From the NCBI GenBank assembly GCA_029856045.1, contig JAHQWG010000035.1, positions 73,213-137,212 on the forward strand: DNA of 64,000 bases, read 5' to 3'. The notes beneath the pieces are model-generated. The model was not told where the DNA came from. It saw nothing but the letters and a program-made list of their open reading frames with translations, and searched no databases. Shown piece after piece: positions 48,105 through 58,569 of this stretch (positions are counted from its first letter, which is position 1; the number at the start of each line of letters is the position of its first letter). The position numbers were made by a program, and so were the translations under genes. Source of the DNA: Promethearchaeia archaeon. Its GTDB lineage: Archaea > Asgardarchaeota > Lokiarchaeia > Sigyniarchaeales > SOKP01.

Positions 48105-49355
48105 TTATTTTTTTTCGATTTTTGTTATGTTTTGTCCATTAATTTCTTTTTTTTTTATTTCCCAGAGAGATCTTGATTCTTTAACGCTTGTAAAGAAAAG
48201 TGGATGCGAGATTTTTATTATTTTATCTTGATTTTTTGAATAAAATCCTTCCCGACAAATCTTATCCCCAAAAATTTTATGATCCTTTTGACAAATCCCT
48301 AACGTTTCTAATTTTGCACAACTATGAGGTGAATACCCCTTTTTAATAGCAAATTCAATTTGATATCGTGCAATTTTGTCATCAAAATCCGGTAGTGTTT
48401 TAAAAATATTTATTATCAGGTCTATAGGGTATTTTAAAGAATTTAGAAAAAATACTAAAAATAGACGTTCATTGTGAATTAAATTTTGACTTTGTTGCAC
48501 TTTTGATAAAAGTAATTTTATACAAGGAGGAAAAAAAATAGATAGATCTTTTCCCTCTTTATATTTCATAGTTTCGGTATAATCACTGCTTAAATCAATT
48601 TTTTTACTTTTAATTAGATCTTTTATTTTTTCAAATGTAATTTTAAAAGCGGTTATCTCGGTTAAGGTTTCTTCTAAATCAGTTCTTTCTTTCGGATCAT
48701 CTTCAGATTTATTAGTCTTTTCAAACTTTAAAATTTCATTTCTAACATATTCTTGAAGAAGTCTAATCAATCGATTCTTTGAAATGAATACATATCCGTG
48801 AGAAAGTGAATTATTTACAAGTTTTCTATAATCATCCCTGAGATTGATTCCCATTTTTATGAAATCAATAAAATGCACGCTTAGATTTGTTTTTTCAACA
48901 GCTGTAATTTTAATTGGATCTTCATAATATTGAACGTTAAGACCCAAATCACTACAAATCCAGTAAAGATATTCCATTTTTTCATCTCTAAGTAGTTCTA
49001 ACTGGGTTTTTGCATTTTTTGAATACAGATTAGCAATTCTATTTGTTATATTTTGATTATTTAGAAGGAATAAAATGATTTTTAACATCCAATAAATGTA
49101 AATATTCAATTCTCCGTCTTTAGGATCAAAATCTCGAATTATCTCTAAATTATTTATTGCATCTTCAAAAATTGATTCGATTTTCTTATCAATATCAACT
49201 TTATTTTCGTCCCAATACTTTTTGTATAGCCACTCAACAAATTCATAGGGGTTTTTTTTTCCAATCTCTTTGAATTTGAATTTAGTAAAAGATAACCATG
49301 GGAATCTATATAATAATTCTGGTTTCGATGTTAAGATATTTTCATCAGAACTCAT
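48105..49355 (-). CDS. priL: DNA primase large subunit
   Basis: FPPCI, H.ER..L..FL, PDFD..IARYQI, YSPHSC, HPL. Confidence 0.9.
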   Translation of the reverse strand: MSSDENILTSKPELLYRFPWLSFTKFKFKEIGKKNPYEFVEWLYKKYWDENKVDIDKKIESIFEDAINNLEIIRDFDPKDGELNIYIYWMLKIILFLLNNQNITNRIANLYSKNAKTQLELLRDEKMEYLYWICSDLGLNVQYYEDPIKITAVEKTNLSVHFIDFIKMGINLRDDYRKLVNNSLSHGYVFISKNRLIRLLQEYVRNEILKFEKTNKSEDDPKERTDLEETLTEITAFKITFEKIKDLIKSKKIDLSSDYTETMKYKEGKDLSIFFPPCIKLLLSKVQQSQNLIHNERLFLVFFLNSLKYPIDLIINIFKTLPDFDDKIARYQIEFAIKKGYSPHSCAKLETLGICQKDHKIFGDKICREGFYSKNQDKIIKISHPLFFTSVKESRSLWEIKKKEINGQNITKIEKK

Positions 49356-49474
49356 AATTATAGTGCGCAGATTTTTTCTTATTATGGATAATTAATTAAA
49401 AAATTATTAAAATTTGTAAGAATGAGAAATTAGTAATAAACAAAAAAAAAACGATATGAATCAACGATTAAATT

Positions 49475-50272
49475 TTAGTATTCTTCTAAATCTTCTTCTT
49501 CAAATTCAATTTCTTCTACCCTCGGTGCCAGAAAATAACTAATTGTGCCTCCTTCGAGAATATTAAAGATTAATTTTAATGGATGATCGTCCTTCAACGA
49601 AATCGTTAATTTCTCAGTAATATTTTCAATTTTAAGAATGCTCTTTAAAAATTGAAGTGAATAAGAACCTTTACTTATTGCCTTAATATTTTTTTCCAAT
49701 AAATCATCGAGAGCTAATTCATATTCCATTTCTCCAATTTGTCCAACAGAACTAAATAATAAGCCTTTATCTTCCTCTGCTTTTATAGTTAGAATTTCTG
49801 AATAAATTTCAGCATCTTTTATTGCTTCTACAAAAAATACAGGATCCATTGACCAATCTGCATTATATTCTAATTTTAAAAGATTTTCCATTGGAATATC
49901 TTCCATCTCTATATCTAACAATGCAAGACTAAAGGTTCTAACTTTTGTGCTTTTATGTTGTTTCATTTTAATTTTTAATTTTTGAGTATCAGGTTCGAAA
50001 ATTAACTCAACAGAATCACCTGCAGAGCTTCTTTTTAATATTTTATCGAGATCTTCGAGATTTAGACCAATTTTGGTATCTTTATCGCATTCATACTCAT
50101 CGAAATCTTGTTTAGCCATAGACAATTGGAGAAGACATATTCTAGATGGATCCATAGCTCTAATTGATAATTCCGTAGTAGTAATTATGAATTCAGTTTC
50201 ATCAATAATCGACGCTAAAGCCTCTATAATCCCTCTTAAAATTCTACTATTTTCTAATTTTATTTTAAACAT
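49475..50272 (-). CDS. pcn: PCNA sliding clamp
   Basis: RAMDPSRICL, GLNLEDL.KILKR, YSLQFL, YFLAPRVE. Confidence 0.95.
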   Translation of the reverse strand: MFKIKLENSRILRGIIEALASIIDETEFIITTTELSIRAMDPSRICLLQLSMAKQDFDEYECDKDTKIGLNLEDLDKILKRSSAGDSVELIFEPDTQKLKIKMKQHKSTKVRTFSLALLDIEMEDIPMENLLKLEYNADWSMDPVFFVEAIKDAEIYSEILTIKAEEDKGLLFSSVGQIGEMEYELALDDLLEKNIKAISKGSYSLQFLKSILKIENITEKLTISLKDDHPLKLIFNILEGGTISYFLAPRVEEIEFEEEDLEEY

Positions 50273-50370
50273 AAAATGGTATCAACTACTAAAGTTTTAA
50301 TAAAAATAATTATATTTTGATAAATAATCTAAATATATATTAAAAATTATATTATTAAGCCACTATTATT

Positions 50371-50706
50371 TTGTCTGAGCAATTCTTTAAACCCAAATCA
50401 CCAGCAATACAAAGGATTATTGGTGATTTAAAAAGCGATGATGTTAGAATTCAAATTATTGGATATATTAGGGAAATAATATCAAATTCAGAGTTTATTT
50501 TAAAAGATAATTCAGGAGAAATCAAAGTTACTTTCGAAAAATCTGATTTTCCTATTAAAAAAGATTTATTAATTAATGTAATTGGTGAATTGGAAATAAA
50601 TGTTGAAGGTGAAAAGAATGTTAAAGCAAAATTTATTCAAAATATGAATATGTTGAATTATGAATATTATGAAAAGATTTATCACTTAAAAAAAGAATAT
50701 TTATAA
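50371..50706 (+). CDS. Single OB-fold protein (RPA14/RPA3-like)
   Basis: PAIQR.I.DL..VRIQIIG..FILKDNSGEI..INVIG..A.FIQ, C-terminal helix. Confidence 0.65.
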   Translation: MSEQFFKPKSPAIQRIIGDLKSDDVRIQIIGYIREIISNSEFILKDNSGEIKVTFEKSDFPIKKDLLINVIGELEINVEGEKNVKAKFIQNMNMLNYEYYEKIYHLKKEYL

Positions 50707-50781
50707 AATTAAGTAATCAAAATCCTGTTATGGCTTGTTTTATTTCTGTATTTAAGAGAAATTTACTGGGAGTATAAGAAT

Positions 50782-51117
50782 ATGATAAAATTCTGTCCTA
50801 AATGTAATAATTTATTACGAAAAAAAATAACTGATAAGAAATTTGTTTATTCTTGTGCTTGCGGATATTCAGAACCGTTTGAAGAAGATATACAAGAAAA
50901 GGAAATGATTGCTAAAAATAAAATCAAAAAATATTCAGATAAAACAATTGTTCTACCAGAAATAAATGCTGTTATTTATCCAACAACTAAGGCAGAATGT
51001 AGAAAATGTGGAAATAAAGAAGTAGAATATTGGCAATCCCAAACACGTTCGGCAGATGAAGGATCCACAACTTTTTTTCGTTGCACAAAATGTAAATTTA
51101 CTTGGCGTGAATATTAA
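50782..51117 (+). CDS. tfs: Transcription factor S
   Basis: FCPKC..CACG; CRKCG..QTRSADEGSTTFFRCTKC..WREY. Confidence 0.95.
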   Translation: MIKFCPKCNNLLRKKITDKKFVYSCACGYSEPFEEDIQEKEMIAKNKIKKYSDKTIVLPEINAVIYPTTKAECRKCGNKEVEYWQSQTRSADEGSTTFFRCTKCKFTWREY

Positions 51118-51124
51118 ATCTTTT

Positions 51125-51325
51125 TTAGGTTAAAACTTCTAAAATTTTTGTTAAAATATTAGCTTTACCTCCAGTAGATTGTGTTAAAGGCTTACCACAT
51201 ACACGACAAACAACTTTAGTGGAGGCACAACCAAAAATTATTTGTTCATTACCGCAATTCAAACATTTAACGCCCAGGAATCTTGATTTAGGATTTGGTA
51301 TTAATTTTCGAATTTCTCTTGACAT
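51125..51325 (-). CDS. rps27e: Ribosomal protein eS27
   Basis: [28 protein letters not shown]. Confidence 0.95.
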   Translation of the reverse strand: MSREIRKLIPNPKSRFLGVKCLNCGNEQIIFGCASTKVVCRVCGKPLTQSTGGKANILTKILEVLT

Positions 51326-51346
51326 TTTTTTTATTCCTTTTTTTTT

Positions 51347-51628
51347 TTATACTTCAATTAATTCAAATCGTTTTACCCGATAAGATTTACCAATTGACTT
51401 TTTTGAACACTCCGTACATTGAAATATAGGTGTAGATTTCTTGTTAATTTTAGCAAAATTATGCTGAACCTCCTTGGGCTGCGAACCATAGCCTTTTTTC
51501 TTTCGCTCGTATCTTCTTTTGCCTTCCGCAGTTTTTCGCTCTTTTCCTTTCTTATAAATAGTTACCTTGTGTTCGGTATGCTTTTTACAATGTTTACAAT
51601 ATCTTCTTTGGGTCTTGGGATACTTCAT
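51347..51628 (-). CDS. rpl44e: Ribosomal protein eL42 (L44e)
   Basis: YCKHCKKHTEHKV, G.RRY.RK..GYG.QPK. Confidence 0.95.
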   Translation of the reverse strand: MKYPKTQRRYCKHCKKHTEHKVTIYKKGKERKTAEGKRRYERKKKGYGSQPKEVQHNFAKINKKSTPIFQCTECSKKSIGKSYRVKRFELIEV

Positions 51629-51770
51629 AAATGTTTTTTCTCGTTATTATACATATCATAAAAATTGATAAATTTTAAATTTTTTCACAAAGAGTAAGTT
51701 TCAAAACTAATTAAACAATTATTATATTTCAAGAAAATTTTTATATAATAAAAAAACTTCCTAAATGATA

Positions 51771-52697
51771 ATGAGGGATTTTAAAAACTAGAATATATTA
51801 AGTGCAAGAGATTTTACTAGGGAAGAAATTGATTTTATTCTGCAAATCGGTAAAAAGATGGTAAATAATAAGTATTCTAAATTATTAGATAATAAAATAA
51901 TGGCTACTTTATTTTTTGAACCTTCAACCAGAACAAGATTGAGTTTTGAATCTGCAATGCTTAGATTAGGAGGAAAAGTTATTGGATTTCAAACTCGAGA
52001 TGTCTCATCAGTTAAAAAGGGAGAATCTATTGCAGATACTGTTAGAACAGTTGAAAATTATTCAGATATTATTGTAATACGTCATCCTTTGGAAGGTGTA
52101 GCACGTATGGCAGCCAAATTTTCTTCAATTCCGATTATTAATGGTGGATCAGGAAGCGCAGAACACCCTACACAGGCGTTATTAGATTTATTTACAATTA
52201 AAGAAGAATGTGGAACCATTGATGGACTGAATATTGGACTCTGTGGTGATTTAAAATATGGCCGGACAGTTCATTCGCTAGCCTATCTTTTTAGTAATTA
52301 TAATATAAATTTATATTTTATATCTCCTGCTTCATTGAAAATGCGATTTAGAATAACTGATTGGTTGCGTGACAAAAAGATGAAATTTAAAGAAACTGAA
52401 AAGTTCAAAGAGATATTACCAATATTAGACATTCTGTATATGACACGAATTCAAGAAGAGCGTTTTTTGGAACCAGAAGAATATGAAAAAGTTAAAGATG
52501 TATATATTCTAACTGAGAAGGATTTAGATAATACAAAAGAGAATTTTCGTTTAATGCATCCTTTACCAAGAGTTGGTGAAATATCTCCCGATATTGATAA
52601 ATCTCCTAAAGCGGTTTATTTTAAACAGATGAAATATGGACTTTATCTAAGAATGGCACTGCTTGCATTAATATTAAAAGGAAATAATTTTGTATAG
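51771..52697 (+). CDS. pyrB: Aspartate carbamoyltransferase catalytic subunit, with in-frame TAG at codon 7
   Basis: FFEPSTRTRLSF, HPTQALLD, GDLKYGRTVHSL, HPLPR. The upstream frame reads MRDFKN*NILSARDFTREEI, the usual PyrB N-terminus. Confidence 0.9.
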
Positions 52698-52734
52698 ATA
52701 TTGAAAATCAAGATATATTAAGTGCTGAAAGATT

Positions 52735-54864
52735 TTATAAATATCTATTTATAATTTTTTTATTTAAGGATTCAGAATCTATATATTGAGTGTCTGGTCT
52801 TATAAGAATACCTTTTTTGTCAATGGATTTATTGTAATAATTTAAATGTTTTGATGAAAAACAAAAATAACGAATCCCATATGTAATTAAATATTTTATC
52901 TTTTCATGGAAATCTTCTATATTTTTTGAATTGGGTAATAGTATGTTAAAAAGTGTGCCCCCATCTACGATTTTTTGAAATGTTTTAAATAATGAGACTT
53001 TTTTTTCAAAATTCAATTTTGATTCAAATCGTATGAATTCTGTACTGAAACTATCATATTTATGAGAAATTTTATCAAATTCAAAATTCCATCTATTTAT
53101 AAGATAATTATCTACATGAGGCTGGGAGAAAATGAAGTATTCATTTTGTTCATTATTCATTTCATTTATTCTGTTACTAATTCTAGTTAAAATTTGTTTT
53201 GCAAACTCTTGACTTTGGTCAATTCGATCAAGCTCGATATTACAATGATATAGAATAGATTCATTTAAACCAAAAAAACTGACCGCTTTAAAAGGATGAT
53301 CAGGAAATACATAATTTTTATTATTAAAGAGAATTCTAGAAAGAGACTGCCAATGATGAAATGAATTTAAATATTTTTTTATTAAATCTTGTTTTATTTT
53401 AAAAATTTCAAATACCGCTGTGATATTTAAATCTAATAATTCTAGAAAGTGTTGATCATTTTGTTTTGATTCTAATGCAATTTTTGGTAAATTTATAAAA
53501 ATTTTATCCAATAATATTTTGTTAAATGAATTAGGGATAGAATCATAATTTTGAGTTATTGAAGTTAATACATTGTTTATTGGATTTGCCCCTCGATTTC
53601 TATAGAAAAGTAAATTTGATTTATCAATTATATTAAAGAATCGAGTGAGAACACTTTCATTGAAGTTTTGAGAATTAACATCACTACAATCATATAATAT
53701 CAATGGATTTAAATGAACAAAATTTTGATATCGATCGTTTTTTATTGATTCAATCAAATCATTTTCTAATTCTATGATAAGACTTGGGTCAAATTCTCTC
53801 TTTTGCAAAAAACCATGAGAAAAATCTAAACTAATTTGAGATTTTCCTAAATTTAAATTAAAATTTAATTTAAAGAATTGTTCTAAAAGGAATAATAATA
53901 AACTTTTTGTATCTTTTTGATTCAATCTTGAAAGTATTGAAAGTAATATTTCATTAAACTTATATAATAAAATATCTTCATTAAAAAATTTCTTAATATG
54001 AGTTAAAATAGAGATAAAATTTAAGAAATTAGATTTTATTTGGGTTTTTTCAAGAGGGGCATCGATTTTTATAAATCTTTTATCCATATTATTTGTATTC
54101 TCTAAATTAGATATCGAAATAGACAAAGGACGTAAAGCCCAAGAATCTAAATGTAATAAAGATATCTGCCCTGAAAGATAGAGATCTGCTAGTTCACGAG
54201 GTAATAAATTCAATAATAGATATTGCTCTGATACTTCACTACCCAATTTTTTTAAAAATTCTTTAGGATCAGAAAATTTTTGATTTCTTAATAAGGATTC
54301 TACTTCGAAAGGTGGTAAGCCTAATCGTGTAAGTTTGTGTCTATATTCCTCAAAACCTTTTTCAATTAAAATGCCATTTATATATTCTCTTATTAGAGGA
54401 GTAGTTAAGTAATTTACTTTTGAATTAGATAACTTTAACTTTACTTCATTTGCAATTTTCCTTGCTAATTTTTCTGGCATCTCCGATTCTCGAATTAAAT
54501 ATTCAATGATTTTATTTATGTTAAAGAGTTCAAAAGTGTAATTTGATGTTCGGATTTGAAGAATTCTTTTTTCTTCATTAATTATATCTCCTATATCTAA
54601 TAATTTCTCCAATATTCTTCCACCCAATTTTGTTAAAAAATATCCCTCTTCTCCTGATAATATGAAATTGTTTTCTTTTAGAATGTTTAAATGATATGAA
54701 ATTTTACTACTATCCCCTTTTTCTTCTAAAATTCTTCTCTTTAAAGCCATAAATGGAATTGGGCTGTTTATTTCATATAAAATCTTGAGAATTCCTAATC
54801 TTATTTTTTTTCCAATAATTTGTAAATGTTTTTCTAAATTACTCGAACTGTCTTTTGTATTCAA
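52735..54864 (-). CDS. ArsR-type wHTH + ATP-cone + degenerate class III RNR (NrdD-like) fusion; putative regulator
   Basis: RLGILKIL..SYHLNIL..YFLTKLG; IRTS..F..KI..LIRE..LTTPLIRE..EEYRHKLTRLGLP; LPRELADLYLSGQI.LH; INLPKIALES; GLNE; GG; no glycyl-radical motif. Confidence 0.8.
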   Translation of the reverse strand: MNTKDSSSNLEKHLQIIGKKIRLGILKILYEINSPIPFMALKRRILEEKGDSSKISYHLNILKENNFILSGEEGYFLTKLGGRILEKLLDIGDIINEEKRILQIRTSNYTFELFNINKIIEYLIRESEMPEKLARKIANEVKLKLSNSKVNYLTTPLIREYINGILIEKGFEEYRHKLTRLGLPPFEVESLLRNQKFSDPKEFLKKLGSEVSEQYLLLNLLPRELADLYLSGQISLLHLDSWALRPLSISISNLENTNNMDKRFIKIDAPLEKTQIKSNFLNFISILTHIKKFFNEDILLYKFNEILLSILSRLNQKDTKSLLLFLLEQFFKLNFNLNLGKSQISLDFSHGFLQKREFDPSLIIELENDLIESIKNDRYQNFVHLNPLILYDCSDVNSQNFNESVLTRFFNIIDKSNLLFYRNRGANPINNVLTSITQNYDSIPNSFNKILLDKIFINLPKIALESKQNDQHFLELLDLNITAVFEIFKIKQDLIKKYLNSFHHWQSLSRILFNNKNYVFPDHPFKAVSFFGLNESILYHCNIELDRIDQSQEFAKQILTRISNRINEMNNEQNEYFIFSQPHVDNYLINRWNFEFDKISHKYDSFSTEFIRFESKLNFEKKVSLFKTFQKIVDGGTLFNILLPNSKNIEDFHEKIKYLITYGIRYFCFSSKHLNYYNKSIDKKGILIRPDTQYIDSESLNKKIINRYL

Positions 54865-55039
54865 ATTAATATATCAATTTATTCTTCTTTTATAAACTAG
54901 ATTTAACCAAATACAAATATAAAATTTACTGAGACCATATAATTGGGAAAAATTTAGGATTCTTATTATTCTTTCCGACAAAAATCACTTTAGAACACAG
55001 TATATAGTTAAGAAGAATAGGAAAAGAGTTAAGTTCTAA

Positions 55040-55657
55040 CTATCGAGCAGAAACCGCAATTCTTTCAATTTCGTCTCTTCTTTTAATTGCTTTTGAATTT
55101 TGACTTTTTTTTGAAGCCGCTATTAATTCCTGGGCGATTGCTTCTTCAATTGTAATTATATTATCATGTGTTTCATTGACAATAGCATGAACAAGTAATT
55201 TTAATGCAAGGTCAACTCTACGCTGTGGAGCAATATCAACGGCACTTGCATATGAAATTCCACCCATTGCGATTTTTGTAGTTTCTTCTCTTGGGGCAAC
55301 ATTTTCAATTGCATTAATTAACACTTGCAAGGGATTCATACCCGTTTTTAACTCAATTAATAAAAATGCAGTCTCAACCAATTTAATTAGTTTACTTTTT
55401 TTACCTGAATTATAAGAACTTTTATGACCCTTTATCTTTCCACTTATATAACCCGGAGATTGAAGTTTATTAATAAAACGTTCTACAATAGATATATTAG
55501 ATTTCCAAAATCTTTTGTGCGTATGGCGACCTTGAGAATCAGGTATTATAATTGGTTTTAAATTAATGTATCTCTCTAAACCATAATCATGAATTTGAAT
55601 GTCGAAATCCCATTTATTAAGAAATTTTATTGTTGGTTTTTTCTTTGTTTTGCTCAT
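55040..55657 (-). CDS. rps7: Ribosomal protein uS7
   Basis: IVERFINKL, NPLQVL..AIEN.APREE, AVDIAPQRRVDLAL, ERIAVSAR. Confidence 0.95.
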   Translation of the reverse strand: MSKTKKKPTIKFLNKWDFDIQIHDYGLERYINLKPIIIPDSQGRHTHKRFWKSNISIVERFINKLQSPGYISGKIKGHKSSYNSGKKSKLIKLVETAFLLIELKTGMNPLQVLINAIENVAPREETTKIAMGGISYASAVDIAPQRRVDLALKLLVHAIVNETHDNIITIEEAIAQELIAASKKSQNSKAIKRRDEIERIAVSAR

Positions 55658-55845
55658 ATATTCAATTTAACACCATTATAATCAAAAATATCTATTGTTG
55701 AATATAAAATTCCATTTCTCTTAAATTTATCTTTCTAATAAAGAAAAATTAGAAAGTAATGAAGCGAAAATAATAGTAAAATTTAATTAAAGTGATTAAA
55801 TATTAAAATATATCATAATAATTTTCAAAATTAATTGAGTTTTAA

Positions 55846-56274
55846 ATGGCAAAGGGACTATATTCTGCAAGAGCACTAAAACGAAATAGGAAAAAATTTA
55901 GATGGAGTAAGACAAAATATAAAAGAAAAAAACTTAAATTAAAACAAAAAGCAGATCCATTACAAGGAGCTCCAGCCGCTGAAGGAATTGTGCTTGAAAA
56001 GGTGGGTAGAGAGAGTAAACAACCTAACAGTGCAATACGTAAATGTCTTAGAGTCCAATTAAGAAAGAACGGTAAAACTATAACTTGTTTTCTTCCGGGT
56101 GATGGTGCGCTTAATTTCATCCAGGAGCATGATACTGTTTTGGTAGAGGGCATAGGTGGTGCAAAAGGAAGAGCAGTGGGTGACTTGCCTGGTGTTAGGT
56201 GGAAGGTAACAATGGTTAACGGAGTTAGTTTAGAAGCCTTAATAAGTGGAAAGCGAGAAAAATCTATGCGCTAA
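55846..56274 (+). CDS. rps12: Ribosomal protein uS12
   Basis: [33 protein letters not shown]. Confidence 0.97.
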   Translation: MAKGLYSARALKRNRKKFRWSKTKYKRKKLKLKQKADPLQGAPAAEGIVLEKVGRESKQPNSAIRKCLRVQLRKNGKTITCFLPGDGALNFIQEHDTVLVEGIGGAKGRAVGDLPGVRWKVTMVNGVSLEALISGKREKSMR

Positions 56275-56298
56275 TTTATTTATGTGTACATATTAAAA

Positions 56299-56325
56299 CT
56301 AGGGTTTTTTATTGAACAACCCTAG
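56299..56325. terminator. Hairpin between convergent rps12 and nusA
   Basis: CTAGGGTT (56299-56306) and AACCCTAG (56318-56325) form a perfect inverted repeat. Confidence 0.5.
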
Positions 56326-56343
56326 AAAATATTAAATATTTAT

Positions 56344-56805
56344 TTAATTTTTCGTGTTAATAATACAATTATCAACATCAAAATGACGTAATACAAGTAG
56401 TTTAGTTTTCTTTATCATTATTCCATTCTTTCCAATGGCTTTACCCTTATCTTCAGGGTTGACAGTAATTATTATCGTCTTTTTTCCGCTAATATTTTCT
56501 CTAATTTCAACATTTTGGACTTTACTTGTATTAAGAATATTTTGAATAAATTCTTTAAGATCTTCGGAAAATCCAATTATATCTATGGTTTTCTGTAGTT
56601 TTTCCTTTAAAACTTTAACATTCTCTCCATTTCTACCAATTGCTTTTCCAACATCTTCTTTTAATACGAGAAATATGACTTTATCTCGTACTCCCATTTT
56701 TCCAGGGATTACAATACAATCTTTAACAACAGCACCAGTTAAATTATTAAATAGTGTAATTAATTTTATAGCTTCCTCATCAATTTTTACAGCTTTTCTA
56801 TGCAT
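56344..56805 (-). CDS. nusA: Archaeal NusA
   Basis: TGAVVKDC, GKAIGRNG, DKGKAIGKNG (two KH domains). Confidence 0.93.
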   Translation of the reverse strand: MHRKAVKIDEEAIKLITLFNNLTGAVVKDCIVIPGKMGVRDKVIFLVLKEDVGKAIGRNGENVKVLKEKLQKTIDIIGFSEDLKEFIQNILNTSKVQNVEIRENISGKKTIIITVNPEDKGKAIGKNGIMIKKTKLLVLRHFDVDNCIINTKN

Positions 56806-56827
56806 TAGAATTCCTCATTAAATGATT

Positions 56828-57190
56828 TCATTTTATTAATTGTAATAGATCTGAATCTCCTTCATCATAAACTCCCAATGTCGAAACCATAAAGGGTTTT
56901 CCACAAGCTAAACCTAATTCCCAGCTTGATTGATTAAATTTATAAATAAAAATAGGATCATCTAAAAGTGAATTATGATATCTTATCTTATTCTCAATAT
57001 TTGCAGGACAATTATCAGATAGGATAATTATTTTAAATTTATTAAGTCTCATCTCTTGTATTGTTCTTTTTGACCCAATAATTACCTTTCCACTTTTTAC
57101 TGTAATATTAATATTTTTTTTTACATCAAATTCTTTTTTTTTTTTTTTTCGTTCTGTCTTATATTTAGAGACATATCCATTTGAACTCAT
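56828..57190 (-). CDS. rpl30e: Ribosomal protein eL30
   Basis: KSGKVIIGSK.T, NCP, ELGLACGKPFMVS..DEGDS. Confidence 0.93.
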   Translation of the reverse strand: MSSNGYVSKYKTERKKKKKEFDVKKNINITVKSGKVIIGSKRTIQEMRLNKFKIIILSDNCPANIENKIRYHNSLLDDPIFIYKFNQSSWELGLACGKPFMVSTLGVYDEGDSDLLQLIK

Positions 57191-57306
57191 ACTTAATTTG
57201 CCTGTAGACTTTTTTGGAATAATACGTATAGCTTTCTCTAATAAAGTAATTAATTCTTTATAACCTTTATAATTAATATTTTATATTTTTTTAAATAAAA
57301 TCTTTA

Positions 57307-58542
57307 TCATTCATCATTTACATCTTTTAAAGATAACTTTTTCTCTTTCTCTTCTTTTTCCCGCAGGATCTTTAAGTTATCATCCAATGACATCATAAGT
57401 TCAACTCCTCCGGTTCCCATAGGGACTATCTGACCAATTATAACATTTTCAGGAATTCCTAGCAAAAGTTCTTCTTCACCATAAATCCCTGCATTTAATA
57501 ATTGGTTTACTGTCACTTCGAATGCTGCTCTTGCAAATACACTTGATTTTGACCCTGAAATTCCATGTCTCCCAATAGATGAGATTAGTCCATTTTGACT
57601 CATTAAGTCAGCTAGAATTAATAAATGTCTTATATCTACGTCCAAGCCTTGATCTTCAAGAACTTGCAATGCTTCATTAATTAAAAGGTTTCGAGCCGCT
57701 TCGATTCCGAAAATTTTTTGAACCTCATGAATATGGTTTGAGTAAGTTCTCGTTGAATCTACCCCTTCAATCTCAAGAACACCTTGTAAATTAGTTCCTT
57801 CTGTCTGTATTATCCATTCTTTAGTCTTTGAATCTTTTGTTATTAATCCTCTCTTTATACCTCTTACTCCCTTAATTACTTTCTTTAGAATTTTTTCTCT
57901 TAATTTTTGAAGTTTTTGTAAATCTTCAATTCCAGGATCAATTATAATCGAATTTTGTTCTTTTTTAATTGAGCCTTTTTTTTTGTAACGTTTTAAAATC
58001 TTGGGAATTTCATCAATACTTATACCTTTTTTTTTTAACATTTCAGGGATTAGGTTGATGTGGATACGCCATTCTATGAAATCCAAATCTACATCATATG
58101 TAATATTTTCAATTCTGATTTGTTCAATCCGATTATGAACTTCTTTAGCCATTTCTTCATCATGAGCATATTCTTCTTCTAAATATATTTTCATAATTGG
58201 AGTTGAAGGAAATCGTCGAGCATCAACCAATTCAATTAATCGCGGCAAACCTTGAGTAACTGAGAATTCTGCAACACCTGCATAGTGAAAAGTCCGCAGA
58301 GTCATTTGTGTTCCTGGTTCTCCTATACTCTGAGCCGCAACTGTTCCAACTGGTTCAGCAGGTTCTACTAATGAATTCATATATGTAATGTAAAGTTTAT
58401 CTGCTAAGTAATCTATTTGAGATTCGGTTAGTTGGTCCTTCATTATTTTTTCTTTAGCATGTTTTACTAAATCATGAGGGATTCCATCTTTTTCAAGACT
58501 TTCCAAACAATTATCGATATATCTTTCCGACGCTTTTGACAT
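57307..58542 (-). CDS. rpoA2: RNA polymerase subunit Rpo1C (A'')
   Basis: [44 protein letters not shown]. Confidence 0.97.
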   Translation of the reverse strand: MSKASERYIDNCLESLEKDGIPHDLVKHAKEKIMKDQLTESQIDYLADKLYITYMNSLVEPAEPVGTVAAQSIGEPGTQMTLRTFHYAGVAEFSVTQGLPRLIELVDARRFPSTPIMKIYLEEEYAHDEEMAKEVHNRIEQIRIENITYDVDLDFIEWRIHINLIPEMLKKKGISIDEIPKILKRYKKKGSIKKEQNSIIIDPGIEDLQKLQKLREKILKKVIKGVRGIKRGLITKDSKTKEWIIQTEGTNLQGVLEIEGVDSTRTYSNHIHEVQKIFGIEAARNLLINEALQVLEDQGLDVDIRHLLILADLMSQNGLISSIGRHGISGSKSSVFARAAFEVTVNQLLNAGIYGEEELLLGIPENVIIGQIVPMGTGGVELMMSLDDNLKILREKEEKEKKLSLKDVNDE

Positions 58543-58569
58543 TAAATTTTACCTCGAAATTATGAAATT

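Noticed and set aside
19533-55657. Genome-wide TAG recoding (for example to pyrrolysine) suggested by two internal TAG codons
   Set aside because: TAG ends rps7 exactly at its conserved C-terminus (AVSAR) and also ends pyrB, radA and others, so TAG works as a stop here.
57134-57149. 16-nt homopolymer in rpl30e as a phase-variation site
   Set aside because: It encodes an in-frame Lys run in an essential gene; homopolymers are common in this AT-rich DNA.
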